Positions 42,933 to 56,851 of a DNA stretch of 64,000 nt are shown here, one piece after another. This DNA is from Octopus sinensis. Its lineage: Eukaryota. Made by a program: the position numbers and the translations under genes. The stretch is from NCBI RefSeq assembly GCF_006345805.1, contig NC_043004.1, positions 49,662,001 through 49,726,000 of the forward strand, read 5' to 3'. How positions within the stretch are numbered: position 1 is the first letter of the stretch; each line of letters starts with the position of its first letter. The notes beneath the pieces were generated by a model. The model did not search any database. It was not told the DNA's origin and worked only from the letters and a program-made list of their open reading frames with translations.

Positions 42933-43130
42933 AATTCATAAATGAGGGCAAAGGAAAACATTCTAATGCCAAATATACCGAAAAATTGGACAAAAGGTAG
43001 ACAGAAAAAATTCTGTCGACCTTTTTTCGAGTAACGTGCGTATTGTGAAAGAATTATATGGTTAATGGACAATATGTCCAATTTTTCGGCATATTTGGCA
43101 TTATAAATTTTTTCCTTTGCCCTCATTATG

Positions 43131-43134
<4 letters not shown>
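42933..43134. mobile_element. MITE-like element with TIRs of about 60 bp
   Basis: Arms 42933-42992 and 43075-43134. Confidence 0.8.
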
Positions 43135-43178
<44 letters not shown>

Positions 43179-43227
43179 CATACATACTTTCATTCATGTA
43201 TACATACATACACACACCCATACTATA

Positions 43228-43291
<64 letters not shown>

Positions 43292-43829
43292 ATATAATAT
43301 ATATATACATACACACACCCATACATATATATACGTACGCACATAAATATATATGTATGCTTATATATAATGTGCATATGTGTATGTGTGCGCATACGTG
43401 TAATCTCTTCCTCTAGGGCACAAATTACTCGAGACCCTCGCATTTGTTCTGGGGGGGGGGCTTGTGAAGGGGGTTATTTTACTACTACCGATCGAGTGGT
43501 ATCTCTTTTACAAACAACTCTATCGGCCACCCCCTTTTTGTTAGTAATTCCATCTTAGGACCCTACCATCACGCCTCCATCTCCATCAAACGCACTACTT
43601 CTAACATCCCTACCATCCACACTGTGGTTATTGTGTCTCCAGCCTCTTTGGTTTTACACCAAGCACCCGACCCCAACCCCAGCAGAAACTGTGTCAATGG
43701 CTCCACCCCTGCCATCTACTCGATCTCCCCAAGCTTACCTTCTTGCTGCACTTATCTTTTATGACTTGTTCTTTCTCTCTTGCTTTCTTTTCCTTTTAGC
43801 TTCATTTTCCTCCTCTCGCTCATTTTTTT

Positions 43830-43915
<86 letters not shown>

Positions 43916-44111
43916 GTATATCCGTTTATCTATCGATCGTATGTTCCCCCATATTATTGATAGGATATATACATAGAAGTGTATGTGATTATATATATTC
44001 GTATATCTATATATCTATATTCATATGTATAGGTATCTTTTTCTTTCTCTTCATATATATATATATACATATATCATATTATATATAATATTTTATATAT
44101 ATATGTATATA

Positions 44112-44142
<31 letters not shown>

Positions 44143-44217
44143 CAGACATACATACATACATATATAAATGTGTGTGTGAGTGTGAGTGTATGTATGTATG
44201 CATATAGATATGTGTTT

Positions 44218-44254
<37 letters not shown>

Positions 44255-45662
44255 CATATGCATATCTATCTATCTATCTATCTATCTATCAATATATCTA
44301 TTTATCTATCTAACTAACTGTCTATATACATATGACTATGTGCATGCAAACATTCACCCAGACTCACACTCTTATACATGTATATACTCACATACATGTG
44401 TATGGGTATATATATGTGTGTGTATACGATGAGATACTGCATTGCTTCCATCTACCAAGGCATTGGTCAACCAAACCGAGTTTGTTGTAGATGCCGAATG
44501 TGGTTGATTCGAAACCATATCAAACCCGGAACTACAATGTGGTGAAGCGAACTCCTTGAGCATATAGCCATGAAAAAAAGAGAGCAAGAGAAGAGAGACG
44601 AGGGAGAGCAAAAGAGAGCGAGAGAGGAAGAGAGAGAAGGGAGAGAAGGGCGAAAAAGAAGGGAGAGAGGGGGAAGAGCTAGAAAGGGGATAGAGACACA
44701 AAGAGAGAAAGGAGAGGAAGGAAGGGGTATCAGCTCGCTCTCCGCCTCTATTTCGGGTGGTGAAGCAGATGAAGTGGGACAAAGTAGAAAATCAGGAGAT
44801 GTATTGACCCTATCACTCACACTAAGATAGTTCAACGAGGTATTCACTTTGATATTTCGGCCTCTTTAAATCTCTCCCTCTTTTCCCTTCTTTCCCTTCT
44901 TTCTCCGCCCTACATATCTCTACCATTTTCCTTCTTCTTCTTCTTCTTCTTCTTCTTCTTCTTCTTCTTCTCCTTCTTCTTCTTCTTCTCCTTCTTCTTC
45001 TTCTTCTTCTTCTTCTTCTCTTCTTCTTCTTTCCTTCTTCTTCTTCTTCTTCTTCTTCTTCTTCTTCTCTTCTTCTCCTTCTTCCTCTTCTTCTTCTTCT
45101 CCTCCTTCTTCTTCTTCTCCTTCTTCTTCTTCTTCCTCTTCTTCTTCCCTCTATTTTCTCTATTTGTTATATGTATATATTCATATATTCATATATATAT
45201 ATATTTATAGTTAACAAGGGTAAAGAATCCATACAAATCGAAGGTTATAGATTAAAAGTAAAGCATGTTTAAAATTTGTTTATCATATATTTGTTACATT
45301 AAGTGACTTTTATAATATTTTATAAAAGTCACTTAATACAACAAATATATGATAATATTTTTAAACATGTATGAAGGTCTCTGTGTATGTGTTTGTGAGT
45401 GTGTGTGCATGTATGTATGTATGTATGTATGTATGTATGTATGTATGTATGTATGTATCTATGTATGTAATAATATAAATAATATATAAATATATGCATA
45501 TATACATTCATATATGTACATACCTACATCTATATGTATATATACATGCATATATGGGTACAGGACATCAAACAACGAAAAAACAGAGTACAAGACATAC
45601 AACAGTTGTCCCTATTTCGTCTACTCCGCGTTTCAGAGGTAGTATGTATGTATGTATTTCTA

Positions 45663-46527
45663 CGAGGTGATATCAAAAAGTTCCCTGACTTGTTATCTTT
45701 AATAAAAAATAACTTATTTACTTAAGTGTTAACATCATCTCCTTTCGCAGCAATACATCAGTCCTAGCGTTCCTGCCACTTTTGGAATTCGGGCCGGAAA
45801 TCGTTTTCCGTCAGCGATTTGCTCTTTATCTTGACAATGGGGTTAAAACGGTGATTTTTGAGCTGCATTTTCATCTTAGGGCAGAGATGGAACTCCGCAG
45901 GTGCTAAATCTGGAGAATAGAACGGGTGCGGAAGCGATAGTATGTTGTTATGGGTGAGAAACCTACGAGTGAGGAGAACTCGGTGACAGGGTGCATTGAT
46001 GTCGTGAAGAATCCATTTCTTCGTGCTTCACAGATCCGGTCGCCTTTGCTGAAGATCCTGCCTCAAACGCTTCAAAGCATTGTTAATTGTCCTCCGACGA
46101 TCCTCATCCACAAGTTGATGAATTTTCTTCACACTTCCGGTGGTGACGCGCATAGCAGTCCTTCCAGGGACGTTCTTTCGATTTTGAAGCACCTTTGGCA
46201 TTCGGAACATCGCGTACGACCCATTGCCTTGTCGCCGTAAGCTTGCTGAAGCATGCTCAATGTCTCTGTAGCAGACTTCCCAAGTTTAACACAAAATTTC
46301 ACGCTGGTGCTTTGTTCCGACTTCTAGTGCATGACAAAAATCGCAGACCATAGCATGCACGTGATCACAAAAATACAAATTTCACAACTTGTGAAGTAAA
46401 CAGAGCGATGCCACTCGGCACACTGCCTCATGAAGGTCACTGCTACTTGTCACTGCGCACGCAACCATGTGCTGCCACATGTTGATGCGCTACAGAACTA
46501 GTCAGGGAACTTTTTGATACCACTTCG
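45663..46527 (-). mobile_element. Internally deleted mariner element
   Basis: 28-bp TIRs with 2 mismatches (cgaggtgatatcaaaaagttccctgact), TA TSDs, HTH-region remnant SVKKIHQLVDEDRRRTI. Confidence 0.9.
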
Positions 46528-47415
46528 TATGTGCATATACGCATGTGTGTGTATATATATATGTATATATATATATATATATGCATGTATGTATGTAAGT
46601 ATGTATCTATCTATGTATGTATGTATGTATGTATGTATGTATATATATATACACGCACACATATAAACGTATATAAACATCTAATATAATAAATATGAAA
46701 CCTATTTCTGTGTATCACTATGTTACACTTAAACTCCCTCTCTCACTATTCAATGACACTCCTACTATTCCTCCTGATGGGGTGAGAGTAATAGTAGGCA
46801 TGGAGACGGTGAGGGTGGTGGCGAAGACAGTCAGAGAGAGAGAGAGAGAGAGAAAGAAAAAGAGAGGGAGAGAAAGGGAGACAAAGAAATTTAAGAAGAG
46901 TTGACAGTGTTTTATTAAAAGTAGTAGTGCTGATGGTGGCAATGAGAGTAATAATGAAAGAGAGAGAAAGAGTGGGTATCTGAGAGAAAGAGGGAGATGC
47001 TTTACAGCTTTGTTTAACCATGTCTCTTTGACAGAAATTTCTGTCGCCAACAAACTGAACACTATCATTTTTGTTTTATTTTTTGCTTTCTTTAATACAC
47101 ACACATACACACACACACATAAAATACACTTAAATTGAAATAAAGTTTCCCTAAAATTAAACATCTAATATAATAAATGCGAAGACTAATTTCTGTGTGT
47201 CAGTGTGTCACACTTTGACTCCCACTTTTCACTATTCAATAACACTTCTACTATTGCTGATGTTGGGGTGAGAGTACTAGCAGGCATAGAGACGGTGAGG
47301 GTGGTGGCGAAGACAGAGGGAGAGAGAGAGAGAGAGAGAGAGAGAAAGAAAGAGAGACAAAGAAATTTAGAGAGAGTTGATGATGTCTTATTAAAAGTGT
47401 TGATGGTGGCTGTGA

Positions 47416-47475
<60 letters not shown>

Positions 47476-47478
<3 letters not shown>

Positions 47479-49041
47479 AAGTACCTAGGGGTAATTGAAG
47501 GGAACGGAATAAGGCATTCAGAGATGAAGGAAAGGATCAGGAGAGAATGCTATCGAAGAGTGAGAGCAATACTCAAGACAGAGCTGAATGCAAGAAACAG
47601 GATCGAAGCAATCAATGCATTAGCTATACCAGTCGTGACTTACAGTTTCAATATTGTTAACTGGTCAATTACTGAAATATGTCAGCTCGACAGAAAAATA
47701 AGGAAAATGTTGACAATGCATAGAATGCACCACCCTAAGGCAGATACAGAACGACTCTATCTGCCAAGAAAAGAGGGAGGCCGTGGTCTTTTGCAACTGG
47801 CAATAACAATGAAGATTGCTACAATTGGCCTAGACACCTACCTGAAAAACTCTGAGGACTGGATGTTAAAATGTCTCAAAACATGAAAACAAGAAAGCAT
47901 CATACTCAGTCACAAAACAGGCAAAGGAATATCTAAGTGAATTCCGAATACAACCAATTTCGGAATTAGAGATAGACATACAAGAAACAAGCACAGAAAA
48001 AGCTAGGCGCATGAAAACCCGTGCCAAAACTGCGGCCTTAGATATTCTGAATAATAAATGGCAAGAAAAACCTCTCTATGGCAAATACCCAAAGAGAGCG
48101 AATAATGCAGATATCGACAAAGCCCTGACCCATCAATGGCTAATGGCCTCTGGCTTAAAATCTGAAACAGAGGGGTTTATCATAGCAGCTCAAGATCAAT
48201 GCCTACCAACAAGAAACTACCAGGCCAACATATTAAAGATCAGAAGCAGTCCAACGTGTCGTGTATGCAAGCAACAAAATGAAACCATTGACCATGTGGT
48301 CTCCAAGTGCAGTCTTCTAGCGCCTACAGAGTATCTCAACAGGCACGATAGAGCTGCACAATATATTCACTGGGTAATCTGTAAAAACCTGGATTTGCCC
48401 CATGAAAAAAACTGGTGGGAACACAAACCACCCCAGTGCTTGAAAATGACCACATCTCACTCCTCTGGAACTTCACCATTCAAACTGACAGGAAGATAGA
48501 TGCAAATAGGCCAGACATCATATTGAAAGACTTCAAACAAAGAACATGCCTCCTCATTGATATGACTGTCCAATCGATATAAACGTATCTGTCAGGACCT
48601 ACCAAAAACTGAGCAAATATAAAGATCTTGAAATAGAAATCAGCAAAATGTGGAAGCTGAAGACTATGACAACAGGTATTGACCTGTTGTCATAGGTGCC
48701 CTGGGATGATAGCAAAAGGGGCTGATAGCTACCTAACTCAGATACCAGGAAACCCAAAAATGGCAGAAGTTCAAAGATAGTGCTCATGGGAACTGCTCAT
48801 ATCCTACGCAAAATACTCTCTATGTAACCTCAAGGTTTAAAACAACCATAATTTTCGGTTTAAAAAAAAAAAAAAAAAAAAAACTTTTTTTTTTAGACAT
48901 TCATTAGTACAACATCCCCACCCCCCAAATATATGGCACACTAGGCATAACAACAACATGAACTTCCAACCCTGTTGTCTCTTGAGGTCTCTGGGTGAGA
49001 CTTGGAGCCAACTTGTACAAATATAAAGCAAAAGTCAAACA

Positions 49042-49042
<1 letters not shown>
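47476..49042 (+). mobile_element. 5'-truncated Dong/R4-clade LINE inserted in (TAA)n
   Basis: YKYLGV, RLYLPRKEGGRGL, CRVCKQQNETIDHVVSKC zinc knuckle, RPDIILKD..LLIDM endonuclease; frameshifted; TAA repeats on both sides. Confidence 0.9.
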
Positions 49043-49083
<41 letters not shown>

Positions 49084-49235
49084 TGATGATGATGATGATA
49101 ATGATGATGATGATGATGGTGGTGTTGGTGGTGATGGTGGTGGTAGTGGTGGTGGTGGTGGTGGTGGTGGTGGTGGTGGTTGTAGTAGTAGTAATAGTAG
49201 TAGTAGCAGTAGTAGTAATAGTAAACGTAATAGTA

Positions 49236-49283
<48 letters not shown>
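49043..49283. repeat. Compound triplet microsatellite AAT-GAT-GGT-AGT-AAT
   Basis: Directly visible. Confidence 0.97.
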
Positions 49284-49284
<1 letters not shown>

Positions 49285-49286
<2 letters not shown>

Positions 49287-49840
49287 GCCCTGATGCAGTA
49301 CCAGGCAGTGGCTCTCATGCCTTCTGATCTTAACTGATTGGAAGTGTTATCATGTACATTGTTTTGTCTTGGTATAAAAGATGGGCTACAGCAAATATTC
49401 TGCTCAATACCACAGATTTGCTTGTTAGTTGTTTGACCTTAACCAGTTGAGCATGTCCCTTAGTGGCTGACAATATGTGCATCTCTGATCACGAGCAGAA
49501 GTAGTGGGGGAGCATCATGGCCATGTGTTGAGAAGGATTCTTTGGGGTTTGAATAATTCACCTCTGGAAACATGGGTGTTTCGTTCAACGTCCTTAAATA
49601 ACCCTTATTCAAGGACCTTTTGAGCGGGATGGGTTACTCGATCTGAAGAAAATTCTAACTGGGCTCCACCTGCAAGGTCATGTGCTGTTTATCTTGATAT
49701 GAGATCACCATGTCGCGCACATATGGTTGTGATGCATGTGCCTGGTGTACCCTTATCAGACGGGTAGTCATGATGGGTATACTGGGCTTCGTATATTTTA
49801 CCCCAGTGTCACTTTGATGGCATGCTCTGCTCGCTCACTC
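49285..49840. mobile_element. 556-bp non-coding element flanked by (TAA)n on both sides
   Basis: Sharp boundaries with TAA repeats; absent from the sister host copy; no TIR, no clear Pol III boxes, no long ORF. Confidence 0.7.
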
Positions 49841-50457
49841 AATAATAATAATAATAATAATAAGAGAGAGAGAGAGAGGCAGAGACAGAGACTGAGAGAG
49901 AGAGAGAGAGCGAGAGAGAGAGAGAGCGAGAGAGAGAGAGAGCGAGAGAGAGAGAGAGAGAAAGAAAGAGTGGGTATGTGAGAGAAAGACAGACTGACCA
50001 CTGAACTAACATGCTGAACTAACATACTGAACGAACACAAACATTTAGCCTTTTTGTGAAGATAATGGAGTGAGAGTAATAGTAGGAGCTGTGGTTGTGA
50101 TAGAGGCGGAGGCAGCGGGGATGACGGTGAGTGTAAGCGACGTGAAAGATAGTGGTAATGGTGGTGGAAGGGAAGGCGGTGAAGTCAAAAGTATTGATGG
50201 TGGTGGCGTCAGAGTTCTGAATGGTGTATGAATGGCAGTTGTGGTAGCGATGGTGGTGATACTGTTGTTTATCATGCAGCTTTGCAATAGGTTCCAAGTC
50301 AACAAATCATATCATTGTTTTGAAGAAAATTGTTCATTGTTTAAAAAATATTGTTCAAGTTTAATGAAAGTTAATATGCACTCGATGCATGCAGTGTCAT
50401 TGTTGGGCCCAAGGCCTAGTGAAGAGCCTCCACAGGAGTTAGCTTAAAGTCCACCCG

Positions 50458-50513
<56 letters not shown>

Positions 50514-50600
50514 AAGGGTGAAAAGGAACACACGAGTTGATATATATGAAAAAACAAGTCAAAAATAGAAAATGCTAAAATAATTTTATAGTGAACATTT

Positions 50601-50637
50601 CAGTACGGTTTCGGTCATTTTGAGACCTTTTCAACTG
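50601..50637 (-). ncRNA. Hammerhead-like motif with U3:A8 core, in repeat 50512-50700
   Basis: Minus strand: cag TTGAAAA ggtc tcaaaat gacc GAA ACCGT A ctg; perfect stems I and II, one G missing from stem III relative to 42669-42674. Confidence 0.6.
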
Positions 50638-50696
50638 TAACGATTAAATAATTAAATTTAGAAAAATTAGAAGAAAAGTTTTTTTAAAAGAATATT

Positions 50697-50768
<72 letters not shown>

Positions 50769-50973
50769 ATGTATTAAAACGTATCGTTTTAAAAAACATG
50801 TTTCTGATATATCAGAAATATATCAGGAACATAACGTTTTTTTTAGAACGATACGTTTGTAAGAGATGCTATCTCTAGACGAATACGCAATTTATCAGGC
50901 TTTCAAGGATGTATCTGCTTTATGTATGATACACAAACTTCTAATTTAAACTAATACTACTTTGACTCTCATA

Positions 50974-51156
50974 AGGAGTGGCTGTGTGGTAAGAAGCTTG
51001 CTTCTTAACTACATTGTTCCGAGTTCAGTTGCACTGCATGGAACCTTGGGCAAGTGTCTTCTACTATAGCCTCGGGCTAATTAAACTCTTGTGAATGGAT
51101 TTGGTAGACGGATACTGAAAGAAGTCCATCGTATCTACATATCTACACATATCTAA

Positions 51157-51244
<88 letters not shown>

Positions 51245-51440
51245 ATAACTATGTGTGTGTGTGTGCATGTGTGTGCGTATGTGTGTGCGTGCTTTTGTGT
51301 CTGTGTTTGTCTACTACCACCGCTTGACAACCGGTGTTGGTGTGTTTACGTCCTCATAAGTTAGCGGTTCAGTAAGTTCTAGGCGTAAAAAAATAAGTAT
51401 CGGGGTCGATACATTCGACTAAAATTTCAAGGCGGTGCGC
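50974..51440 (+). mobile_element. SINE family A, diverged
   Basis: Aligns with family A. Confidence 0.85.
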
Positions 51441-51841
51441 ATATATATATATATATACATTTAAACATATCTATAGACACACACACGCACACATGGGAGT
51501 AAAAAATAAGCTCGTGGATTATGGGAATATTTAAGTGTAGGACTGTGGGAATGAACCCGGAACCATGTTGTTGGTAAGCAAGCTACTTACTACACAGCCT
51601 CTCCTGCGCCTATGGATAGAAAGACGCTTACAGCTCCTAAGTTTCCTAAGCGGTCACCCGTCTTAGTGCTAACTAGGCTCGACGTCGTTTAACTTCGGTG
51701 ATCGAACGAAAACTGATGTTTTGAAAGTGATATGGCCGTGTTTATTATTATTACCTACATATATGCATACATGCAAGCACTGACACACATATATATCCAA
51801 CCATATATATATATATATATTATATATATATATATGCATAT

Positions 51842-51930
<89 letters not shown>

Positions 51931-52089
51931 GCATATATATATATATATATATAATATATATATATATATCTATATATATATATATATATATATATGCATA
52001 TGTATATGTATGTATCTATATATGTATGCATGTATGTACCTATGTATGTATATACATACATATATATATATATTATATATATATATATA

Positions 52090-52134
<45 letters not shown>

Positions 52135-52247
52135 CCTTCCTGCTTCCATTTCCTGAGCGCCTATTAATAATAATATGTAATTGTTCCATTGTTGTGTTTT
52201 TTCGTTTTCCCGTTTGGATTAAAATTATATATATATATATATATATA

Positions 52248-52290
<43 letters not shown>

Positions 52291-52945
52291 GTATATGTGC
52301 ATGAATGTACATATGTACATATGCCTGTATATATACACAGACACACATATACATAAACATATATATTATGTATGTGTGTGTATGTATACATTTATATACA
52401 CATATGCACAGATACATTCAAATATATATATATACACATACACACACACGCTGGCATACACATATGTGTCCATACACACATACCCACACATGCTCACACA
52501 TATACACATGCATACGCACGAGCGCAAACTTTTATCTGTTTTACCCTACAAAGGCAAATATAACTGTTTCATCTACCCCCACAATGGCGAATATTTTTAC
52601 TACCAGTTTCCTACCAAGTCAACATCTACTTCAAAAACTAACGTTTCAAACCAAGCAACGGTTTATTCGCCCCTTGGCTAGCTTCCATTCACAACATATA
52701 AATAGAAATCTTCTGAGCATCGTCATCTCGATCTCACAGCTTTTGTTCAACACTGCTTATAATTCATCTAGAAAAATCCCAGCACATTCAATTAATAACG
52801 ACTTGCTTGAATGAGCAATGGAGATGAAGTTTCTTTATCACGTTAGTGAATAATCGTCCTAGGTCACTCTTATCCGAAATATTTCTGTATTATCCAGAGA
52901 TGTATGTGTATGTGAGTGTGTCTGTGCGTATGTTTGGGCACGTGA

Positions 52946-52995
<50 letters not shown>

Positions 52996-53097
52996 ATGTG
53001 TGTGTGTGTGTGTGTATACACATTGCTTTTATCTTTTATCTTTGACTTATTTCAGTCAGACTGCGGCTATGCTGAGGCACCGATACGCATATACTTT

Positions 53098-53320
53098 TCT
53101 ACTCTAGGCACAAGTACCGAAATTTAAAATTTTTTTTGGGGGGGGGGCGGAGCAGTGGATTTGATCATCCCCAGTACGCAACTGGTACTTAATTTATCGA
53201 CCCCGAAAGGATGAAAGGCAAAGTCGACATTGGCGGAATTTGAACTCAGAATGAAACGACGGGCGAAATACCGCTAAGCACTTCGTCTGGCTTACTAACG
53301 CTTCTGCCAGTTCGCCGCCT
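53098..53320 (-). mobile_element. SINE family B-related copy
   Basis: Shares the cgaccccgaaaggatgaaaggcaaagtcgac core and the ggcggcga head. Confidence 0.8.
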
Positions 53321-53336
53321 TATATATATATATATA

Positions 53337-53506
53337 CTAGCAGTATAACCTGGCCTTGCCCGGGATTAAGTTGCAATTATTAAGCTAATCAAGCTAATCA
53401 AGTTCTTAATTTCAAACCAAACTAAGTAATATCAACTCTCAAAAAAAAACACTTTTTTACTCGGCGTAAAATAAAAACAAAACTCTTTGCACCCAAAGTA
53501 ATGTGC

Positions 53507-53565
<59 letters not shown>

Positions 53566-54273
53566 GGAGAGAGAGAGAGAGAGGGGGGAGAAAGATGAAC
53601 GATTTAAAATAAATAAATGATTTAGAATAAATATATTGTAATTGTTCTGTGAGAAAGTATATATACTATGATTATAAAATATAGTGTCTTTCAAAAACAT
53701 CCTGAATTTGAACACTATATCTCGTGTTTAAAAAAAAAAGACATTTTACATTTTATTTTTTATGAACGTCGTCACTTACTCTCTCTCTCTCCCTCTCTCT
53801 ATCTCTCACTTTGTCTTTCCTTTTTTTGTTTAGACGCCGTGAACCTCTCTTCCACTTTTCTTTATCTTAATTTTTTTGTTAGACGCCGTCAAAAAGCTAT
53901 GGCTGATATTTTTTATGAACGTCGTCACTTACTCTCTCTCTCTCTCCCTTTCTCACTTTGTCTCTCCCGTGAAACTCTTGGCCCCTCTTCCACTTTTCTT
54001 TATCTTGTTCTTTTTTTGTTAGACGCCGTCAAAAAGCTATGACTGATATTTTTATGGCTAAAAGCTATGGCTGAAAATAGAATTTTATCGCTATCCGCGG
54101 GTGCCTCGGGAAAAAATAAGTTGACAAAACCCAGATAGGATGTTGACGAATGACCTCCTAAAATTTGAGCGACATGTGTGCTAATTTGTGGATGTGCATA
54201 AACTACAATCATGTACAAACACACACATACACACACACACACATACACGCATCTTGCCTTATATATATACAGA
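53337..54273 (-). mobile_element. Non-autonomous Helitron with internal tandem repeats
   Basis: Minus-strand 5' a|TCtgtatatatataagg; 3' cccgggcaaggccagg hairpin then CTAG|T; repeated units of about 150 bp at 53755-54060. Confidence 0.75.
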
Positions 54274-54284
54274 TATATATATAT

Positions 54285-54318
<34 letters not shown>

Positions 54319-54530
54319 ATACATATATTACAGACACACACACACAAACAAATATGTATTACATATATAAACACGCACACACTTCAAACTGCCAACCAAA
54401 CACCTTTCTACTGACCACTCCCTACACACAACTACACATAAGACCAACGTTCCTGTTACCATACTGCTAAATTCTTCCTATAACATAAAGAGACACAAAG
54501 TTCAATCACATATATATATATGTGTGGATG

Positions 54531-54905
54531 CGCAGGTGTGGCTGCGTGGTAAGTAGCTTGCTTACCAGCCACATGGTTCTGGGGTTCAGTCCCACCGCGT
54601 GGTACCTTGGGCAAGTGCCTTCTACTATAGCCTCGGGCCAACCAAAGCCTTGTGAATGGATTTGGTAGACAGAAACTGAAATAAGCCCGTTGTATGTGTG
54701 TGTGTTTGTGTGCCTGTGTTTGCCAGCCCACCGCTCAACATCGCTTGACATGCGATGCTGGTGTGTTTTCGTCCCCGTAACATAGCGGTTCGGCAAAAAG
54801 AAACCGATAGAATAAGTTCTAGGCTTACAAAGAATAAGTCCTGGGGTCGATTTGCTCGACTAAAAGGTGGTGCTCCAGTATGACCGCAGTCAAATGACTG
54901 AAAAA
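54531..54905 (+). mobile_element. SINE family A, full-length
   Basis: Aligns with family A. Confidence 0.9.
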
Positions 54906-54958
54906 AGTTTTTTAAAAAATGTATTATATACATACATACATACATACATATACATACA

Positions 54959-55058
<100 letters not shown>

Positions 55059-55153
55059 TATATATGGAGAATTCACAAAAAGACACAAGACGAAGACAGG
55101 TGGTGTAGACAACAAACAGATATATTAGTATAACGCTCGAGAAGTGAAAAAGT

Positions 55154-55189
55154 CTTTAACGTTTCGAGCCTACGCTCTTCCACAGAAAG
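55154..55189 (-). ncRNA. Hammerhead-like motif, A6U variant with an extra A after A9
   Basis: cttt CTGTGGA a gagc gtag gctc GAA ACGT T aaag; identical at 62332-62367; CTGTAGA and GUA version at 55708-55743. Confidence 0.55.
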
Positions 55190-55313
55190 GAACACACAAA
55201 GAAACAAAGAGAGAAAACAAAGAATGTGTAGTGGCTAGCGATCTATCATGGCTAACGCAGGCACGTGATACGTGCAGAGTATTAGAAGACGCTCAGGGAA
55301 GGAGAGGAAGATA

Positions 55314-55349
55314 TTTATACAGTTTGAGCAAAGATCTTCGTCAGAAACA
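55314..55349 (-). ncRNA. Decayed second hammerhead upstream of the first (CUGACGA core)
   Basis: gttt CTGACGA a gatc ttt gctc aaac tgta; G12 is lost and stem II has a mismatch. Confidence 0.35.
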
Positions 55350-55531
55350 GGAGACGGAGGAAAATCCAAGAGAAAAAGGAAGGCAGAGTAAAATAATCGC
55401 CAACGATCTACATGTGGTTACATTTTGAAATTACCCGAAGAGAATGGGTGGAGAAAAACTTCTAAGACAGGGGAGTGTTAGATATGGTGGTATCTGTGTG
55501 TATGCGTGTGTGTATGTGCTCGTGTATACAT

Positions 55532-55619
<88 letters not shown>

Positions 55620-55954
55620 AGAGTTTACGAAAAAAACAAAAGACGAAGACAGGTGGCGTACAAAACAAACAGATGTATTATTATAACGCTCAGGAATAGA
55701 AAAAAGTCTTTTACGTTTCGATCCTACGCTCTTCTACAGAAAGGGACACAGAAAAAACAAGAAGAGAAACAAGGAGAGAAAAAACGTGTGTAGTGGCTAA
55801 CGATCTATAATATATATATTATTTCACTTAGACTTTACGATGCTAATAAACCTGGTGTTAGAACTCAATATGTATATGCTTCAGTAAAATGCGTTAGTCC
55901 AGTACAGAGCTGTAATAAGAAATTATTTATTTAATTTTATATCTGTATGTATGA

Positions 55955-56851
<897 letters not shown>

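Larger units (their letters stand above)
46680..50419 (+). mobile_element. Two tandem Helitron-like host copies (46680-47160 and 47164-50419), the second carrying nested insertions
   Basis: Both start a|TCtaatataataaat and align for about 250 bp; CTAG|T at 50416-50420; the 3' hairpin is weak. Confidence 0.5.
55066..55808 (-). mobile_element. Two tandem copies of a PLE pLTR-like module in (TA)n
   Basis: Copies at 55066-55252 and 55617-55808, third copy at 62243-62408; each carries a hammerhead-like fold. Confidence 0.7.

Noticed and set aside
47524-48827. Dong ORF as an active element
   Set aside because: 5'-truncated with several frameshifts and stops; some indels could be consensus errors, but the RT core is missing regardless
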